A stretch of 63,125 nt of DNA, filler included, from Octopus bimaculoides (GCF_001194135.2; 4 parts of 4 records of this genome joined end to end with filler, not necessarily neighbours in it), one strand, 5' to 3'; shown: positions 1-13,874, counted from the whole stretch's first letter. The notes: generated by a model not told the origin, from the letters alone. Translations and numbers: made by a program.

Positions 1-48
<48 letters not shown>

Positions 49-76
49 TGTGTGTATGTGTGTGTGTGTGTGTGTG
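1..76. repeat. (TG)n microsatellite
   Basis: Near-perfect TG run at the start of the window. Confidence 0.95.
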
Positions 77-1577
77 AGTGCATAATATAGAACGGATATC
101 TAGCACTCTATAGGTATATATTTGTAATTATTGGTATTTAATGAAAGGCAATAAAAATATAATTTATTAACTGAAAATAAACCTTTATTGAGAGAAATCA
201 ACACTTCTTATAGTTATATAAAATATACATATAGAACTAAGTATAAAATAAAACAAAAATATTTAGTATACCGATTCACACCAGTACAAATACGAAGAAA
301 TTTGACTTATAACAGAATATGTGAAAAAAGAAAAGAAGAATATAATATTACAGAAGTTCAATGGAGTCAAGTTGGACTTCCAAAGACCATATTTTATGCT
401 ATAACATCCACATGACTGGAACATTTAAATTCAAAATTTGTATGTGCATACATAAACTGTTAACAATATAAGTGATGAGATATAAAATCCTTGAAGTAAA
501 AAATGTAAAAGTTGCATAATTTTAAAATTTACTGGGGTCCGCTGGCCCACGAAATGTTGTAAAGGAAGACTCTTCAATATTTCAATATATTGAAAATATG
601 ATGAATATAATACAATGTGCTATCCATTTTCCAATGGTACAGGAACAGTTTCGAAAAAGTGGTGCACGTTGCATAAATATGACAAATACATCAGCATGTA
701 TTGGAAGATTTATTCAAGTAAGAACAAGTTCTGAGATGCCCGGATATCAGAATGGCATTCTCCTATGCCGCAATAATAGCATTCAGAATTTTATTGTTAA
801 ATATACTTTCCCAATTCTAAAACGTGTAGCACAGAAATCAAAATAAAATTTTCAGATGTATTTACGAATACCAATCAAAATGTTTCACTCTGAGTATTAT
901 ATCTCTTAAAAATATACAGACACTTCGCTATTTTCAATGAGCGTCTTGAATATTGTTTACAAATGAGAATGCTATGATGCACTTTTAATAAATATAATAA
1001 TCAAACAAAAATTCCTGTGTTCATGTATCGATTTGAAATATTAATTCATCTTTAAATTAATTAGTACCTGAAGCATGGCCGCAGCTCTGAGCTGAAACTT
1101 TAAAAAAAAAAAAAAGAATATATATATATATATATATANNNNNNNNNNNNNNNNNNNNNNNNNNNNNNNNNNNNNNNNNNNNNNNNNNNNNNNNNNNNNN
1201 NNNNNNNNNNNNNNNNNNNNNNNNNNNNNNNNNNNNNNNNNNNNNNNNNNNNNNNNNNNNNNNNNNNNNNNNNNNNNNNNNNNNNNNNNNNNNNNNNNNN
1301 NNNNNNNNNNNNNNNNNNNNNNNNNNNNNNNNNNNNNNNNNNNNNNNNNNNNNNNNNNNNNNNNNNNNNNNNNNNNNNNNNNNATATATATAGGGGTAAA
1401 GTAAGAGGAAGAATTAGCGAAAATGCACGTTGGAAATCCCCAAAAAACTAAAGGCTTTTTATGAAAAGTAACGATAGATATATACAATTAGATGAACTGA
1501 GGGAGGAATAAATGTAATAAAAGTCATTATTGTGAGTTGTTAAAGAGATTCAAAAGCATTCCGGTTTCATAATATTA

Positions 1578-2207
1578 CTAATCATTGCTTTGAATGCAGA
1601 CCGAATCATTCGGCTCTTTTAAGGGAATCCACCACCTGTTATTTAACACGGCACCGGTTAATGCCCTCATCACTAACTCCTTAATCCGTCTACGGTATGC
1701 TTCGTAAGCCAAAATAGACTTGTTTATCCTGCAGTGGCCGGGTCCCAGTCTATCTGCTTTAAATATGTTCATCCTACACGTTTTAGTCTCCTAACACAAC
1801 TAATGTCTGAACCTCACGAGAAAACCCTCGAGGCACCGATAGAAATCAAGCTGTTTACTTTTTACACTAGGTGCATAAATTTCGACCAACCTGAAAGCTT
1901 TACAGCTGTATGTCAAGTCAAGGACGACCAGCCCACCTTCAGGATCTATAAAGACTGTACTTGTCTGTCGAGTCAAGCCTTTTCGGAGCAGAACCACTAC
2001 GCCTCCTCGACATTCGGTCTGCTTAGGTCACATGATTTTCTCATAGCCATTCAAGAGAGTCGAGAAGGCTCGTAGCCTGTCCAGCTTGGTCTCTGTAGCA
2101 ACCATCATATATATATCTTGTGTCCTGAGGTCATCGAGAAAACAAGATTGCTTCCAATTCGAGGTCAGGCCACGTACATTCAAACAACCAAGTTTAACTG
2201 AAGCCAT
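1578..2207 (-). pseudogene. Disrupted ORF2: APE endonuclease N-half plus post-EN segment
   Basis: Manual translation from ATG at 2207: MASVKLGCLNVRGL...VATETKL...*...GGVVVLLRKG...EGGLVVLDL...FRLVEIYAP, then frameshifted LVVLGD*N, then GPGHCRINKSIL (like the L1/Tx1 GPGYWKLN motif). Stops, frameshifts and an internal deletion are present. Confidence 0.85.
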
Positions 2208-3730
2208 TGAGAAATAAAAAGGTTCCTACCTTCATGTCGTGGAGGTAGGAGCCGACCTTGGTTTTTTTTTTGAGAACCCCTCTCATGTTATTTTTCTTTG
2301 TTTTTGGTGTCTTTAGTTGTTTTGTCACCTCTAATATCCACCGGATGTCTACCGGATGCCTTTCCTTTAGTTGTCTAAACAAAGTTTCGGATGTTTTAGC
2401 GAATCTCATGGGTAAGTCCTTATGTTCTAAGTGCATGTTTGTCGTATGGTGTAATGTGATTATGGTATGCATGTATTGCATCCCACCGTTATATTTTGTA
2501 TTTTTCTTTAGTGTGTGGGTTTGGGCAGCGGAGTTATTTATTTTTTTTGTGTGTAACGGGAGCGGGTTTTTTGGGGGAATGAGGTTGTTAGTTGAGTACT
2601 CAGAATGCATCTTTTTACTCTTGTTGGGGCATTCACATCGGGTTCTCTCTTCTGGTCGACTATCTCAATGTTGTCGCCAGGAAGAATAATTGTACCTTCG
2701 GGCGATGATGTAGCTGTTGGTGTGGGTGTCGATGCATGTGCGTGTGTAATTATAGGAGTGATTACTGGTGCATGTGTGGATGCAAGTATGGGTGTAGGTG
2801 TGCGTGTTGTTTGGTGCGTGTGGGGGTTTAGTTTTAGGTACTTGTGTAGATACGAAGTGAATAACTGTTCTTTTTGTTTTTCCACATTTTCTGTGGTGCT
2901 GGTTTCCGAGGTGGACTCCTCTGTGGTACAATGGCCACATTTGGCCCTTATGTGACCCTTCTGGCTGCATTTAAAACATCGCGGTTTTCTTCCCTCGACC
3001 AATATCCGTAGGGCGACGTCCTCAGCAACGAGTACTCTTTACGGCATTTCCTCTAGGTTACATTGGGCTGTCTGTATTAACACCTCCACGTTCAGCCCAA
3101 GCCAGTTTTGGGTGGGGCAGAGCTTGTGATCTGTAAAATATTCACTTTATCTTCCCTGTTATAACAAAGGGCAGCTATTACTCAGGTGACATCAATTTCT
3201 GGTGGCACTTCTGTAATTTTAATCTCGGACGTCTTTCGTCCTAGATAGGTTGGCAGAAGTACCACCTCATTTGTTTTTAACGTTAGCACAGAGTTCTTGC
3301 GGGATGTCTCTATGCTGTGCAGCCTTACCTCTATAGGGGCGTATTTTCTTCCTCGGGCAACGTAGGAGACAACTCTCCGAATGTGTCCGAGGCATTTTTC
3401 TATTTTCTCCCGTGACATATTTTACATATTGCGGTTTTCTATGCCGTAACTCATTTACTCATAAATCCTATGAGCAAATAGGTTTGCTCAGAGTTTATTC
3501 GGTTATATCGTCAAAGGAAGAGATTTGGATGTCGCTCCTGCTTACTTTTAACATGCCGAAGCATGGCTGTAGTTCTGCGCAATGCTGTTTCTATAATTTC
3601 TGTTTTGATTTTCGCATCTGACGCGAATCTTTTTGTTATATTTGATACTTCAATTTATTTGTGTGTTGCAACTTCACTCTCAAAAAGCGGCATTTTTTCC
3701 TTGATAATTTCCACCGTTATGGTAGAATAT
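2194..3730 (-). pseudogene. Disrupted ORF1 (gag-like, CX2CX4HX4C zinc knuckle)
   Basis: ORF pieces 3182-3418, 2538-3002 (KPRCFKCSQKGHIRAKC) and 2194-2610 are collinear and separated by stops or frameshifts. Confidence 0.75.
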
Positions 3731-5061
3731 AATCAACAATTTTCTCTTTCAGAGAGAGGAAAGAACAAAGTGTTTTTTTTTTTGGAGGGGGGGTAAGTAA
3801 TACTCCAAAATAGTTTTAAATTCTTCCTCCGCCGGGGAAGAACACAGTTTTAAATTAAAACAATTCAGAAATGTGTAATTCAGTGAAAAAGAAAATTTGG
3901 GAAATGAAAATTTTCTGTCGTCAGAGAGACACAAGAGTAAACAGTTCAAATCATTCCCTCCGTCGGGAGGAAGAACACAGTTTAATGAAAACAGTTCACA
4001 AATGTGTAATTCAAAAGAAAAATTTTCTCCGCTTCGTAAGAGAAACACAGCAATAAACATTTTAAATCCTTTCCGCGTCTGGGGAAGGAACACAGTTAAA
4101 TAAAAATTGTCCAAAACAGACCATAATTTACAATTATTGTAAATATCACAATCTTCTTCCCCGTAGGCGGAAGGAATACAAGTTCAAAAGCAGCAGCTGC
4201 AATGCAAGCTACAGTTTAACAAGGTACCCAATTCTAACAACAATTCAAAAATACCTTTGAAAAGGAAAACCAACTATACACAATTTCTCGTTCAAATGAA
4301 CTTGCCGCTCGTACGACACTATTGGCCTACCTTATCGATTGAATCTTCTTGCTGTGCCTGTCCACTATCCACCTCTCACTTCGGAGTGTCCACCACAACA
4401 CCCCTCACGCTTTGATATTTTTCATTTCTTTTTCTTGCACCCAGAATAATTTTTCACTTCTTATTTAGGTTTATTCTTGTTCCACGCATAATTATATATA
4501 GATTTCAACAAAGCATTATTATTTTGTTTTTCAATTGTTTTCCTTCAAACCAGAATTATTTTTCTCCTCATATTTAGATTTTTCTCGTTCCACACAGAAG
4601 TATGTTTTTTTTCAAAATGCCTCAAGTAGTACCAGTCTACATTGTTTTCCGATAATGCTATTACATATTACATATATCGATATGAATTAAATCTTTCGCA
4701 CGGACTCATCATGATCATGATCATTATCATCATCATCATTATTATTATTATTATCTTTCTCCTTACAGAAACATATTTTTTTTCAAAATGCCACAGGTAG
4801 TACCACTTTACATTGTTTACCTGTAGCGCTATTAGCATATTACGACCTGACTTAAGTCATTGGAACGGAATTGTTATTATTATTTTTTTTTTTCACACAG
4901 AACCTTGTTTTTATTCACTGTGAGCATATTACTTTTCGCCGTGTGAAGTTCAAATCACACTTCAAGATTCTTAACAGTGATATGTCTCGAATTATGACGA
5001 CGTAACTTCGTCGTCTGCGTGACTGGCCCGAAAAGCGTACCTCGCTGACTCACAGCGCTGT

Positions 5062-5485
5062 GTCTGTCCACTATTCAGTAATAGTGGACCAGCACATATC
5101 TCACTTGGAGGTAACCGCCATAACACTTTGTAAGCTTAGTACTTATTCTATCTGTCTATTTGGCGAAACCGCTAAGTTACGGGGGCCTAAACACATCAAC
5201 ATCGACTGTCAAGCGTTAGCGGGGAGACAAACACACACACAGACACACACTCAAACATATATATATATATATATATATNNNNNNNNNNATATATATATAT
5301 ATATATATATGTATGTATATACGACGGGCTTCTTTCAATTTCCGTCTCCCAAATCTACTCACAAGGCTTTGGTCGACCCGAGGTTATAGACGTAGACACT
5401 TTACCAAGGTGCTACACAGTGGGACTTAACCCACAACCATGTGGTTGGGATTCAAAATTCTTACCACACATCCATGCCTACGCCT
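5062..5485 (-). mobile_element. tRNA-headed SINE, family A (abundant octopus-type SINE)
   Basis: Reverse complement of the head/body also seen at 26455, 36249 and 37170 (…accttggtaaagtgtct…ccaaagccttgtgagtagatttgg…gaagcccgtcgtat…). Has an internal microsatellite and a variant tail. Confidence 0.85.
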
Positions 5486-7034
5486 ATATATGTAAACATA
5501 TAATATGTATATATATATATATGTATAGGTACACACACACATATATATGCGTGTGTTTATATGTACCTATACATATACATATGCATATATATATGTATAT
5601 ACATATGCGTAAATATGCGTATGTATATATACATACATACATACACACATACATACATATATACATATAAAGACAGCGAGATATATTTGTAAAAATGTAT
5701 ATGTCTGTGTACGAGTCACTATGTGTGTGTGGAATGTGCGTCCGCAGTGAGCTTGGAATCAATAAAAACTGAAAATACATTCCAATGTTTCATCCTATTA
5801 GATAACTACGTGTTAAAAAATACGTTTTTCTTGTACGTGTTCACATGCATCGTGCGTAGAAAATGAAATGCATCACATAAGAAGTGCAAAGAAAACATTT
5901 ACCTCTGTAACAATGTGATAACGTAAGCGATATTTTCTGACACGAAATATATTGCGGCGAATAGCAGCAATCCTATTTTGCGTTATCAACGATTATAAAT
6001 AAAAAGGCATATTAACATGAGAATGAAATTGCAATTTGTGTCTTTGTTACATGAGAAACATCCAGGAAGATACACGCATTGGCACCATAAAATATCACAG
6101 TTTACATACGATGACATTCTATAGAAAAAATGCTTTCTATCTAATATATGGGAATGTTGACTACGCACAAAAAGGGAGAAAATGAATGGTAGGAAATGTA
6201 TAATATTGCAAATATTACTAGTCAGAAATTGTCTCCATGTTGTAAGCTGCGTTCCACTAACTTTATTATTTAAAATTTCAAAAGATATACTACAACCCAA
6301 AAATGCCAATGCAAAATATAATTACGTGTGTTTCCAGACCAACCACGTTAAGAAACTTAGCTACTGCATGTCTGATGACAGTCCATAAATTGCTTATTTC
6401 GTCATTGCAACTCATTTAATCGTCACAAGTTGAGGCTACCTAACCGGAGGCAGAAACTACGTAGCAGGTAATTTGCATGCTAACAGAAAAGGAATCATAA
6501 CTTACAGGGAAAACATGCATTTCCATAATTTGCTTTTGTATTATTTCAGTTAATAATTCTGGAGCTGAAAATATTTGTTGATTTCTTTTATATTTGACAA
6601 TTTTCGCGGTGCAACAGAGCATTGCACTCATTCGTTCAGGCTCTTAACATTTCAATTTCAAATCACAACGGAGTCAATATAGCCCTTCCGTTCCTCCTGT
6701 GTGATCCAGATATTGAGATCGATGTTATCGACTACATCACGCCCCAGCATTAAAATATCGTCTTTCTACGTAAAACAGAAGCAATTATTTTATTTCCTTG
6801 AAGAAATGAACGGTAGAACTGATTGGTTTCTACATATAACTTCGCGACACAATGGATTCTCGAATATAAAGAACAATTTAAACGGGAAATATATTTCTAA
6901 CCAAAATAAGAATCACAGACTTTGATAATATCTTACGCCTGCTTATTTTATATTTCATTAAATATGCCCAGCGTTATTTACAACCGACGAAATGAAAAAA
7001 GATCACTGTCAACTAATATCAAACTGCAAACAAG

Positions 7035-7431
7035 CACGCACGAAAACTCAACTGGACGTTCTGTGCGATCTTCATACTTCCAGGTTGAAACTTCTACTTC
7101 TGAATTTTGCAAACCAACATCTGCAATTTCTTCCATTCAAGCATTCTTTCCCATAAACTGAGTGTATGTTTCGATTCGCTTCGGGTGCAGAGTTTTTGTA
7201 CTCATAAAGCATTATGTGCCTCGAATGTTCTTTGTATACTTCCATGTTATAAAGGGTTTTAATCAAAGACATTTTAATTCTATTTTTCTGTAAGATAATA
7301 TTTAGTTAGTCTAAATGTACAAAAATGCATGAAATAATGTTTAATTCTATTAGACATTCTAAAATACTATTAAATTTCATTCAATTCAAAAAAAAAAGGT
7401 AAAGTCGGACTGAATTTATGGGATGACCTGA
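7035..7431 (-). mobile_element. mariner transposon 5' fragment (left TIR plus transposase HTH N-terminus)
   Basis: ORF 7072-7272 MEVYKEHSRHIMLYEYK...RNCRCWFAKFRS...LE is a mariner N-terminus. TIR-like tcaggtcatcccataaattcagtccg lies next to a TA run at about 7432. Confidence 0.85.
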
Positions 7432-7809
7432 TATATATATATATATGATATTTTGGAAACTACTCCAATTAAAGGACAAATTCGCATTCAACCATTTAAA
7501 AATATGTATATATCTACGTATATATGTATTAACTTATACATATATATGTGTGAGTGCATCTTCGCAAGCATACAGAAATCCTTCCCCATCATTCATCCCT
7601 ATACATACACATGCCTGCATGTTCACACTCACATGCACACGCACATATGTATATCCATAGTTATATACATCCATACAAACTTATGTACATATACATATGT
7701 TAAAATATCTCACTAAGTGTAAAAGTATGTTAAATATATTACTTTTCTAATGATATTTGTATCTTTGTGTATTTACACACATACACACACACCCACACAC
7801 ACACATACC

Positions 7810-7879
<70 letters not shown>

Positions 7880-8659
7880 NNNNNNNNNNNNNNNNNNNNN
7901 NNNNNNNNNNNNNNNNNNNNNNNNNNNNNNNNNNNNNNNNNNNNNNNNNNNNNNNNNNNNNNNNNNNNNNNNNNNNNNNNNNNNNNNNNNNNNNNNNNNN
8001 NNNNNNNNNNNNNNNNNNNNNNNNNNNNNNNNNNNNNNNNNNNNNNNNNNNNNNNNNNNNNNNNNNNNNNNNNNNNNNNNNNNNNNNNNNNNNNNNNNNN
8101 NNNNNNNNNNNNNNNNNNNNNNNNNNNNNNNNNNNNNNNNNNNNNNNNNNNNNNNNNNNNNNNNNNNNNNNNNNNNNNNNNNNNNNNNNNNNNNNNNNNN
8201 NNNNNNNNNNNNNNNNNNNNNNNNNNNNNNNNNNNNNNNNNNNNNNNNNNNNNNNNNNNNNNNNNNNNNNNNNNNNNNNNNNNNNNNNNNNNNNNNNNNN
8301 NNNNNNNNNNNNNNNNNNNNNNNNNNNNNNNNNNNNNNNNNNNNNNNNNNNNNNNNNNNNNNNNNNNNNNNNNNNNNNNNNNNNNNNNNNNNNNNNNNNN
8401 NNNNNNNNNNNNNNNNNNNNNNNNNNNNNNNNNNNNNNNNNNNNNNNNNNNNNNNNNNNNNNNNNNNNNNNNNNNNNNNNNNNNNNNNNNNNNNNNNNNN
8501 NNNNNNNNNNNNNNNNNNNNNNNNNNNNNNNNNNNNNNNNNNNNNNNNNNNNNNNNNNNNNNNNNNNNNNNNNGTGCGTATATGTGTGTGTGTACCGATG
8601 TCTGCATGTGCATTTATCTATATGTATTGTACGTGCATGTATATGTTGACACACACACA

Positions 8660-8732
<73 letters not shown>

Positions 8733-9417
8733 GTTTTCGGCTTGTATCTTGAGCCATTTTAACCAATTTTTTCCACATGAAACGGTACAAAATAACATCT
8801 ACCAATTCGTTCGCAACAATTAGGTTTTCTAATAAATATACCAAACGTTATATCCCAATGGACAACAATAGTTACTGAAATGGAAAACCAAATTCAATTT
8901 TCCATATGAATAGAATAAATTAATACATACCGAGGGAATACAATACTGTCTGTAACAGTTTACTAGACATGAGACAGGTCTTCTATCACACGCTGATTTT
9001 TTGTGCTTTTTATTTCTCATATTCCAAGAAGACAATAGAAAGTATATACGTTTAGATTTGTCCGTTATTTCACAAGAAATCATTGAATCGCAATACGTAC
9101 AAAGTACTCATCGTAAAGTGATACAGTGATACACACAAACAATCTCCGAATCGTGTTCGAATATACATATACATAGACTCATACACAATATAAATATACA
9201 CACACATACACACTCACGCACATACACAATATAAATATAGATACACACACTCGCACGCACATATATACATACTCATATACGTGTATATATGCACAATTGT
9301 ATGGATGTAAAAATACAGAGGTACATGCAGACAGCCCACAACACGTCCCCATTGATATATGTATATATGTGTATGCATACATATAAATACATGTATGCAT
9401 GCATGTATGTGTGTGTG

Positions 9418-9450
<33 letters not shown>

Positions 9451-9801
9451 NNNNNNNNNNNNNNNNNNNNNNNNNNNNNNNNNNNNNNNNNNNNNNNNNN
9501 NNNNNNNNNNNNNNNNNNNNNNNNNNNNNNNNNNNNNNNNNNNNNNNNNNNNNNNNNNNNNNNNNNNNNNNNNNNNNNNNNNNNNNNNNNNNNNNNNNNN
9601 NNNNNNNNNNNNNNNNNNNNNNNNNNNNNNNNNNNNNNNNNNNNNNNNNNNNNNNNNNNNNNNNNNNNNNNNNNNNNNNNNNNNNNNNNNNNNNNNNNNN
9701 NNNNNNNNNNNNNNNNNNNNNNNNNNNNNNNNNNNNNNNNNNNNNNNNACGAGTGTGTATATATATATATATATATGTGTGTGAGTGTTTTTGCGTGTGT
9801 G

Positions 9802-9839
<38 letters not shown>

Positions 9840-10289
9840 TGTTTGCGCGTTTATGTTCAGGAATGTATATTTGTAATAACAAGCTTTTATGCATCTCCAT
9901 TATATTTGTAAAACTTGAAACCAAGATTTAATATTCTATTGAATCAAATGTAAGTGTTAAAATATGCTCTCCCTGTCATTACAAACAGTCGAAATAAAAA
10001 AAAAAAATAGGGTAAAATATTTCAAGTCGGAATCAGCATTTTACAATTCTTTACATTTTATTATACTTTGGGTTGAATTCTATTTTATCAATATCGTTCT
10101 TAAATTCTCTCATTCATAGAAATAAAAAAATATTGATACAAGTTTTCTTTATCATTCTGTTCTCGTGAATGCTCGATTTTCATTTTTCACAGAAGTGTAA
10201 TATCCCAGTTGTTTGAAGGGAGCGAGTGCGTCGATATTTGTTTGCAGTAATGCTTTTGCAAATACTACACTGTCTGCCCGTGCTATATT

Positions 10290-10750
10290 TATTTCGCTTT
10301 ATTGTGACATACGTTTAATTTCTGATGCTATATCCATTTTGGCTTCTGTTGTACATCATATACTATATGCATTTTATCGCTCTTGCTGTTTCCCCCATAA
10401 ACCTTGCAGGCTCTCAGAGAAAAATAGGATTGATGCCATAGGTATTGCATATGCAGTTTATACGTTCCCAAATTAACGAAGAACATTCTAACTGACCGAT
10501 GTTTTGAAGGCGAAAGACTAGGTATAATCGTTAATTCGTTATATGGCATTGAAGTGAACAATTCTGGGGAAATTTACAGAGAAGAATGGTCATGGATGGC
10601 CTGAATGGAGGGGTGAGGAATCAAACTAGACACAACAGATGTAAATGCTATGTGAGGTGCGAGAGAAAAAAAAAGACAGTAACTAGCGGAACCCGTGAAT
10701 ATTTCATGGTAAACCAATTGGTTTATTTCTGAAAACTTCATGCAAAAAAC
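10290..10750 (+). mobile_element. Decayed RTE-clade LINE 3' fragment
   Basis: Degenerate motifs IRL…ILY…KNRIDA, followed by a region resembling the RTE GxRxRGRP..W segment. Heavily mutated. Confidence 0.5.
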
Positions 10751-10942
10751 CTGAAAGTGTAGCCTGCGTTGTGTCCGTATGGAAGGATTGTCACTTATCT
10801 GCTACTCATTGAAAAGTGAAAGAAATTGAAACATGAGGATTACTTTATGCACTTTATATATACATTTTATATACTTTATGCACAAATTTTAAGACTTAAT
10901 ACAAAGCACCGCTCCCATGAGTATCAGATAATGGATTTTCAA

Positions 10943-11175
10943 AAGGCGGTGAGCTGGCAGAAACGTTAGTACGCCGGGCGAAATACTTAGCAGTATTTCG
11001 TCTGCCACTACGCTCTGAGCTCAAATTCCGCCGTGGTCGACTTTGCCTTTCATCCTTTGGGGGTCGATTAAATAAGTATCATTTACGCACTGGAGTCGAT
11101 ATAATCGACTTAATCCTCTTGTCTGTCCTTGTTTGTCACCTCTGTGTGTATCCCCTAGTGGACAGTAAAGAAATA
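10943..11175 (+). mobile_element. SINE family B (Nin/Deu-like core) with 17-bp TSD
   Basis: Head aggcggtgagctggcagaaacgttag, core gtcgactttgcctttcatcctttgggggtcgat. TSD agataatggattttcaa at 10926-10942 and 11176-11192. Confidence 0.9.
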
Positions 11176-11899
11176 AGATAATGGATTTTCAACTGGGTAA
11201 AGAAACTGATTGTGGTGATAGTAGCTTTGACGGTGATTGTGGTGAAAGCAGAGACAGTGTTGATGATGACGATGGTCGAGATAAGTATNNNNNNNNNNNN
11301 NNNNNNNNNNNNNNNNNNNNNNNNNNNNNNNNNNNNNNNNNNNNNNNNNNNNNNNNNNNNNNNNNNNNNNNNNNNNNNNNNNNNNNNNNNNNNNNNNNNN
11401 NNNNNNNNNNNNNNNNNNNNNNNNNNNNNNNNNNNNNNNNNNNNNNNNNNNNNNNNNNNNNNNNNNNNNNNNNNNNNNNNNNNNNNNNNNNNNNNNNNNN
11501 NNNNNNNNNNNNNNNNNNNNNNNNNNNNNNNNNNNNNNNNNNNNNNNNNNNNNNNNNNNNNNNNNNNNNNNNNNNNNNNNNNNNNNNNNNNNNNNNNNNN
11601 NNNNNNNNNNNNNNNNNNNNNNNNNNNNNNNNNNNNNNNNNNNNNNNNNNNNNNNNNNNNNNNNNNNNNNNNNNNNNNNNNNNNNNNNNNNNNNNNNNNN
11701 NNNNNNNNNNNNGTGGTGGTGGCGGTCGTCGTCGTCGTCGTAGTGCTGTTCTTGCTGGTTTGGTGGAGGTATGCGCTCTTCGAGTGCTTTTCTAGTTTTT
11801 TTATACATTATCATCAATACGTGTTACCTAATATGATTTTTTTAATGCAAACATGAGTCCTTTATATGCATCATCTCCTCTCTTTAACTCATTCTCTGT

Positions 11900-12290
11900 C
11901 CTCTATTTCTTTTGACATTTGTTTACGCTAACTATCTAGTATTATCTTCCCATATACTAATTCCTCACGCTAAACTTCATTTTTATGTATAGAATTTCTT
12001 AAAAATACATTATACTACGCACTGATTTCAACGGCTAATTATAGTTTTAATTTAAATCCTGTATTGGCTCTCTATTGGAGATTTTTAATACTTATTTGCC
12101 TACGCTACTTATATAGAGCTATAATTCTAATTTCCATACTCATCTATATAGGGAACGTCTCTGATACCTCTTTACTTATATCTTCAAATAACCGTTGAAG
12201 TCGTTAGTCACACGGATACCAATATGTATCTCCTACATACAATTTTTTTTCTGCTATATCCCTTTTTAAGTTCCTTGTATTATGTTTCCT
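11900..12290 (-). mobile_element. Decayed CR1-type LINE RT C-terminal fragment
   Basis: Minus-strand remnants EIHIGIRVTND (like EKDLGVxVxxDL) and IALYK. Many stops. Confidence 0.45.
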
Positions 12291-12503
12291 TTCTTTCCAG
12301 CACTGAAGAGTACGTTGATATATAATTAATTTAATTTAATTCGTCATGAATTTATATTAACATTATATCTCTGTACGAAACGATCGTCTGCAAGAATTAA
12401 ACTTCTTACATATTTTCACAACTTTTCTCCTCCACTTTTAACAAAATTGATGTGATTTATAGAACTTCATTCCATAAATTCTCCATACAATATATATATA
12501 TAT

Positions 12504-12567
<64 letters not shown>

Positions 12568-13874
12568 TCGATGATAATTTACATGTAACGTTGATAACCC
12601 TATACTTAAAAATGATCCACTGGTTTCAGTTAGAAATTACAGTGTGCAGATGTATTTCGTGCATAATTACCCATTTGTGGATAGTACATTTATAAGTGTT
12701 TTGGTAACCTACTACTCACCATTTGTTTTTTAGCTATGTACATAATATCAAACACATTTTGATGCATTCATATATCTGTTCCGTCATACTAGCCTGGTTA
12801 TCTCTTGGATAATGGCATTTCTAGCCTTGTCTTCTAAGCAATGTCTATAAATTACCTTGAGTATCATATAAACACATGAATTTGTTTTATCTCAGTTTCT
12901 TTCATGACATCCAGTCCATCAAATCCATCCATATATATTGCATTTGAGTATATTCTGCCTATATTCCAAAAATCGCATCTTTCAGCCTTTGGAAATGGCC
13001 TGTTGGTTGGTCGTATTCTGAGATACTATTGGACACTGAAATACAGTCAGTACACTTATTATAAATCACCGATTTAATATGGCTAGATGACCATATACAC
13101 AGATGTTGATTCTTGGATCGAGTGAAGTAGTAACTCAAAAAGTATTTTAAAGTGCACCATGATTCTATAGAAAAATAAGTGATTTCTTAGTGTCAACACA
13201 TAAGTAACCGTCGTAACTATCTAGTAGTTACTTGTAGGTAACATCATTATATGGAGGTCTGGGTGAATTAAATGAATGCATGTAGGGGATTTAACCCCTG
13301 CTGTAATAAACAATGGAGACACCATTCTTAACAAGTAGTTTGTAATTAGTCGTACGATATTTTAAAATATATATTAAGCCTTTACTGAAATAGCATATCG
13401 AGTCCAAAATATGTAGGTTTAGGCTAGTTCAATGTCCGATAAAATCAAATACTATTTATGTAGCAGAGACTATGTAACCAATTGTACATCTTTTCCATAG
13501 TTGTATCCTTATAATATGTTGGCAATCACAGTTCATTACTGAATAGCGGAGTATTACTGAAGTATTTAAAGACATTTCATAATTATATTTTACTACACCT
13601 TTCATCCTGCAACACTTGAAAATAAAATTACCATCAATACATTGGCTGCATTGCGTTCAGCAGTTTCAACGTCATATAGTTTGTAGGCTTGAGCTGAATT
13701 TTTAAATCGAGCAGGGTAAGCGAATGATGAATGTTAATTATCTTCCTGATTAATAAAGTTTAGACTGTCTAGATTAGAACTCAGTGAATTCGGAGTTAGC
13801 ATGTCATAAATATATATCGTAAATTCCCTTAAAATAACCCATCAAAGCGAGCAAAAATCAAATCATTTCTTCTA

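Larger units (their letters stand above)
1578..5055 (-). mobile_element. L1/Tx1-type non-LTR retrotransposon: 5' portion only (5'UTR, ORF1, start of ORF2); RT absent
   Basis: Minus-strand gag-like ORF1 with a CCHC knuckle is followed by an APE endonuclease start. A repeat-rich putative 5'UTR lies at about 3750-5055; the 5' boundary is approximate. Confidence 0.8.

Noticed and set aside
500-960. ORF 598-846 and a minus-strand frame ending …FLYNISWASGPQ, possibly a transposase remnant
   Set aside because: Multiple stops and no family motif I can name reliably.
5986-6500. Possible decayed transposase or helicase coding sequence
   Set aside because: No diagnostic motif could be recovered.
7747-8798. 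Long ORFs of 288-341 aa (similar ones at 9.2, 11.2, 34.9, 39.0, 49.7 and 61.2 kb)
   Set aside because: They span N gaps and dinucleotide repeats (YIYI/HTHT/CVCV translations) and are artefacts.
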